Shown here piece by piece: positions 28,923-32,000 of a DNA stretch of 32,000 bases; the stretch's first letter is position 1; every line of letters begins with the position of its first letter. Source of the stretch: Candidatus Arthromitus sp. SFB-mouse-Japan (lineage in GTDB: Bacteria > Bacillota > Clostridia > Clostridiales > Clostridiaceae); the NCBI RefSeq assembly GCF_000270205.1, contig NC_015913.1, forward strand, positions 1,380,001 to 1,412,000. The letters are read 5' to 3'. Both the position numbers and the translations under genes were made by a program. The notes under the pieces were generated by a model that worked only from the letters and a program-made list of their open reading frames with translations, had not been told where the DNA came from and made no database searches.

Positions 28923-29993
28923 ATGAAAATATCAATAGATGGACGCTCTGCACTATTTTATAATGGTAGTGGCATAGGTAATTACTCATCAGAAATAATA
29001 AATAAATTACTTAAAATAAATAAGGAAGATTCTATAAAAATCCTCCCAAAAAATACTAATATACCTAAATTCTCATCTTTTTGGGAACTCTCAAAAAATC
29101 CCATAGAATTAAATGATAAATGTGATGTTTTCTTCAATCCACACAATGGAATAGGACTCCCAAACAAAAATGCAAATAAAATAGTGACTACATTACACGA
29201 TATCATCCCTTCAAAACTTCCCAAAACCGTTAGTGAATCATATCTAAAAATCTATAATGAAAATATATACAAAATACTTAAAAAAAGTAATTATATACTT
29301 ACAGTATCAAATTTTTCAAAACTAGATATCATGAAAACATTTAATATAAATGAAAATAAAATATTTGTAACCCACCTATCTCCATCCAAAATTTATCGCC
29401 CTATAAACCAAAAACTTGCATTAAGTTTTTTAAAAAAAACCTTCAATATAAATTATAATTACATTTTATATATTGGAGGTTTTAGTCCAAGAAAAAATAT
29501 CACGAGACTAATTGAAGCATTTTCAAAAGTACATGATCACAATAAAAAAATTAAATTAATCATAGTTGGAACAAAAGGTAAATCATATAATGATTATCTA
29601 AATCGTTGTATTAAATTAAATCTAATAAATAATGTAATTTTTACTGGTTTTGTTAAAACATTATATCTCCCTCTTTTATATAATTGTGCATCATGTTTCA
29701 TTTATCCCTCATTATATGAAGGATTCGGTCTTCCCCCACTAGAATCTATGGCATGTGGAACACCAACTATAGCATCAAATTTAACATCTATCCCTGAAGT
29801 ATTAGGTACCGCTCCTTTATATATAAATCCTTATGATGTAGATGATATATATGAAAAAATCAATTTGATATTAAATAACAATAAAATTAGGAGTTCCATC
29901 ATAATAAATGGTCTGAATCATGTCAAAAATTTTTCATGGGAAAAAACATCTCTAGAAACCCTTAAAATAATTTATAAAGCAAAAGAGTGCTAA
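28923..29993 (+). CDS. Group 1 (GT4) glycosyltransferase, CotSA-like by context
   Basis: 356 aa with the E-x7-E motif EGFGLPPLESMACGTP. It is divergently paired with the cotS-family gene, recalling B. subtilis cotSA-cotS. Confidence 0.75.
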   Translation: MKISIDGRSALFYNGSGIGNYSSEIINKLLKINKEDSIKILPKNTNIPKFSSFWELSKNPIELNDKCDVFFNPHNGIGLPNKNANKIVTTLHDIIPSKLPKTVSESYLKIYNENIYKILKKSNYILTVSNFSKLDIMKTFNINENKIFVTHLSPSKIYRPINQKLALSFLKKTFNINYNYILYIGGFSPRKNITRLIEAFSKVHDHNKKIKLIIVGTKGKSYNDYLNRCIKLNLINNVIFTGFVKTLYLPLLYNCASCFIYPSLYEGFGLPPLESMACGTPTIASNLTSIPEVLGTAPLYINPYDVDDIYEKINLILNNNKIRSSIIINGLNHVKNFSWEKTSLETLKIIYKAKEC

Positions 29994-30023
29994 TTTAATT
30001 AGCACTCTTTTTAATAATCTTTT
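29982..30023 (+). terminator. Rho-independent terminator after the GT4 gene
   Basis: 13-bp stem AAAGAGTGCTAAT (29982..29994) / ATTAGCACTCTTT (29998..30010), incorporating the stop codon and followed by TTAATAATCTTTT. It may also serve convergent trxB, though the U-tract on that strand is weak. Confidence 0.7.
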
Positions 30024-30048
30024 AAAATTAGTCAAAATATTAAATTTT

Positions 30049-30963
30049 TTATTCTGCACCCTCTATATACTTTTCAGCCATGATTGAAGCTATCGCTCCG
30101 TCAGATGCAGCTGTAACAATTTGTCTTAAAGGTTTTTGCCTTAGGTCTCCAGCAACAAATACTCCAGGTATATTTGTTTTCATGTCTTCTCCAGCTATAA
30201 CATATCCTGCATCATCCAAATTAACCTTATCTTTTATAAGATTATTTATAGGATCCAATCCAACAAACACAAAACATCCTGCTACATCTAATTCACTTTG
30301 TTCATTTGTAATTTTATTTCTTACAACTAATTTCTCTAAAACTCCATTCCCTTGCGCTTCTTCAACAACACTATTCACTATAAATTCAATCTTCTCATGC
30401 TCTTGAGCTCTATTAAGCAATGATTTAGCCGCTCTAAATTCATCCCTTCTGTGAATAATTTTTATTGATTTTGCAAATCTTGTAAGAAATAATGCTTCTG
30501 TTATAGCAGAATCTCCTCCTCCTATAACAGCTATATCCATTCCTTCAAAAAACGCCCCATCACAAGTTGCACAATAGGATACTCCCATACTCCTAAATTT
30601 AACTTCGTTCTCAAATCCAGCAAGTCTTGGTTTTGCACCCATAGCTAATATAATAGATTTAGCTCTAAATTCATTCTCATAAGTTTTAACAATTTTTATT
30701 TCAGAATCCAAAGTTAAATCATCAACATTTTCCTGTATTATTTCAACTCCAAAACTTATAGCTTGCTGTTTCATATACTCAGATAACTCAGGTCCTGTTA
30801 CTTTAGCTATACCAGGATAATTCTCAACTTCATGAGTTGTAGAAACCTGACCACCAAAAGATTCCTTCTCAATTAAAAGAGTCCTAAGTTTCGCTCTACC
30901 AGCATAAAGAGCGGCTGATAATCCAGCAGGACCAGCACCAATAATTATAATATCATAAATCAT
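30049..30963 (-). CDS. trxB: Thioredoxin-disulfide reductase (NADPH type)
   Basis: FAD motif IIGAGPAG, redox-active CATCDG, and NADPH motifs GGGDSA and HRRDEFRA. I placed the start at ATG 30963 (GAGGTGA 6 nt upstream); the track start at 30966 is a TTG one codon earlier. Confidence 0.93.
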   Translation of the reverse strand: MIYDIIIIGAGPAGLSAALYAGRAKLRTLLIEKESFGGQVSTTHEVENYPGIAKVTGPELSEYMKQQAISFGVEIIQENVDDLTLDSEIKIVKTYENEFRAKSIILAMGAKPRLAGFENEVKFRSMGVSYCATCDGAFFEGMDIAVIGGGDSAITEALFLTRFAKSIKIIHRRDEFRAAKSLLNRAQEHEKIEFIVNSVVEEAQGNGVLEKLVVRNKITNEQSELDVAGCFVFVGLDPINNLIKDKVNLDDAGYVIAGEDMKTNIPGVFVAGDLRQKPLRQIVTAASDGAIASIMAEKYIEGAE

Positions 30964-30975
30964 CAATCATCACCT

Positions 30976-31812
30976 CTATATACATTTTATAGAAATACCT
31001 AAACTCTTACTTCCGCTATAGGCTCCAACTACACAGCCTGTATTTATACTATAATATTTATATTGATTTTTTTCAAGGTAATTTTTAAGAAGTCCTGTTA
31101 ACTCATCCTCATCAGAATGCGCTATATAAATAATACTACTATCATCCAAATTTTCTAACTCTAAAAAATTAATTAAATAGTCTAATATTTTCCGTTTCCT
31201 AATTATTTTTCCTATAAAAGTAACTTCCCCATCTACAATTCCAATAATAACTTTCATACGGGTTAATTTAGAAATTTTACCTAATGTTTTATTAACCTTT
31301 CCTGAAATAATCAAATTACTCATATCATTTACTATAGCTATAGATTTTACATTAGATATCCCATATCCAATATTCTTACAAATTTCTTCAAATTCACATC
31401 CATTTTTAACCATCTCAGCTGCTTCCACAACAATCATTGCAAGACCACTACTTAAATTCAAACTATCGTAAATATATATATCCTGAGTTTCTAATATATC
31501 CTTTGCAATAAACGCCGACTGACAAGTAAAACTAAATTTACTTGATATATGAATAGAGATAATTTTATACCCCTTTGTTAAATATTTCTCATATACTTCT
31601 TTAAAAACGTCAGGATTAGGGGGAGATGTAGTAGGAAAATCTCCACATTCCAAAATAATCTTATTTAATTCTTTAAAATTTATATCAACTCCATCTACAT
31701 AAGATTTAGAATCTATATTAACCGTTAATGGAACAACTTCAATATCTAGTTTTTCTATAATATCCTTAGATAAATCACATGTACTATCTGTAATAATTTT
31801 TATCTTATCCAC
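30976..31812 (-). CDS. DegV-family fatty-acid-binding protein
   Basis: The N-terminus, once corrected, is M-DKIKIITDSTCDL, the DegV hallmark. A GTG at 31812 lies 5 nt after GGAGG. The track's GTG at 31824 overlaps that SD. Confidence 0.88.
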   Translation of the reverse strand: MDKIKIITDSTCDLSKDIIEKLDIEVVPLTVNIDSKSYVDGVDINFKELNKIILECGDFPTTSPPNPDVFKEVYEKYLTKGYKIISIHISSKFSFTCQSAFIAKDILETQDIYIYDSLNLSSGLAMIVVEAAEMVKNGCEFEEICKNIGYGISNVKSIAIVNDMSNLIISGKVNKTLGKISKLTRMKVIIGIVDGEVTFIGKIIRKRKILDYLINFLELENLDDSSIIYIAHSDEDELTGLLKNYLEKNQYKYYSINTGCVVGAYSGSKSLGISIKCI

Positions 31813-31824
31813 GATATCCTCCAC

Positions 31825-32000
31825 TTACTTCATATTAGGAAATCCAACTTGCCTTAAGGCTTCATACAATACTATATTAGCTGTGTTTGCTACATTTAAA
31901 GATCTAGTCGTGGTATTTATCATCGGAATCCTTATCTTATTTTCATCCTTTATTATATCCATTATTTCCTCAGGCAATCCTTGTGATTCCTTACCAAATA
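31825..32000 (-). CDS. trmL: 3' end of tRNA (cytidine/uridine-2'-O)-methyltransferase TrmL (SPOUT/SpoU family); the 5' part lies beyond the window end
   Basis: Not in the ORF track because it is truncated. The reverse-strand translation is FGKESQGLPEEIMDIIKDENKIRIPMINTTTRSLNVANTANIVLYEALRQVGFPNMK*. The RSLNxxN...VLYEALRQ knot region is characteristic of TrmL/YibK. Confidence 0.75.
   Translation of the reverse strand, partial: FGKESQGLPEEIMDIIKDENKIRIPMINTTTRSLNVANTANIVLYEALRQVGFPNMK

Overview
This is a very AT-rich (by eye roughly a quarter G+C) core chromosomal segment from an endospore-forming Firmicute. The gene order looks most like Clostridium sensu stricto; the taxon is an inference. 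I count 31 protein genes, 28 of them on the minus strand. I saw no rRNA, tRNA, CRISPR array, transposase, integrase or phage genes. Reading the minus strand from high to low coordinates: trmL (partial), degV, trxB | cotS-family kinase (with a divergent GT4 glycosyltransferase on the plus strand) | fabI | yabG | veg | SipL-like LysM coat morphogenetic protein | cphB-cphA (cyanophycinase and cyanophycin synthetase) | ispE | small 2-TM ORF, gerAA, gerAB, gerAC, spoIIR | (ugtP-like, plus strand) | pyrG | rho | (rpmE, plus strand) | tdk, DUF1385::prmC fusion, prfA, sua5/tsaC, ywlE-like phosphatase, upp, tagO/wecA, wecB, murA | probable spoIID (partial). Several Rho-independent terminators and near-consensus sigma-A promoters are readable. 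Eight ORF-track starts appear too far upstream, and I corrected them using Shine-Dalgarno spacing. I do not see a convincing novel multi-gene system such as a defence island, toxin-antitoxin pair or mobile element; this is mostly conserved housekeeping and sporulation synteny. The observations most worth following up are: the DUF1385-PrmC covalent fusion; a self-contained cyanophycin operon among sporulation genes; a small membrane ORF translationally coupled to the germinant-receptor operon; the F1Fo atp operon missing from its usual slot between wecB and murA; and a hairpin-interrupted SD-to-ATG spacer at rho. All functional calls rest on motif and family recognition by eye, not on database searches.
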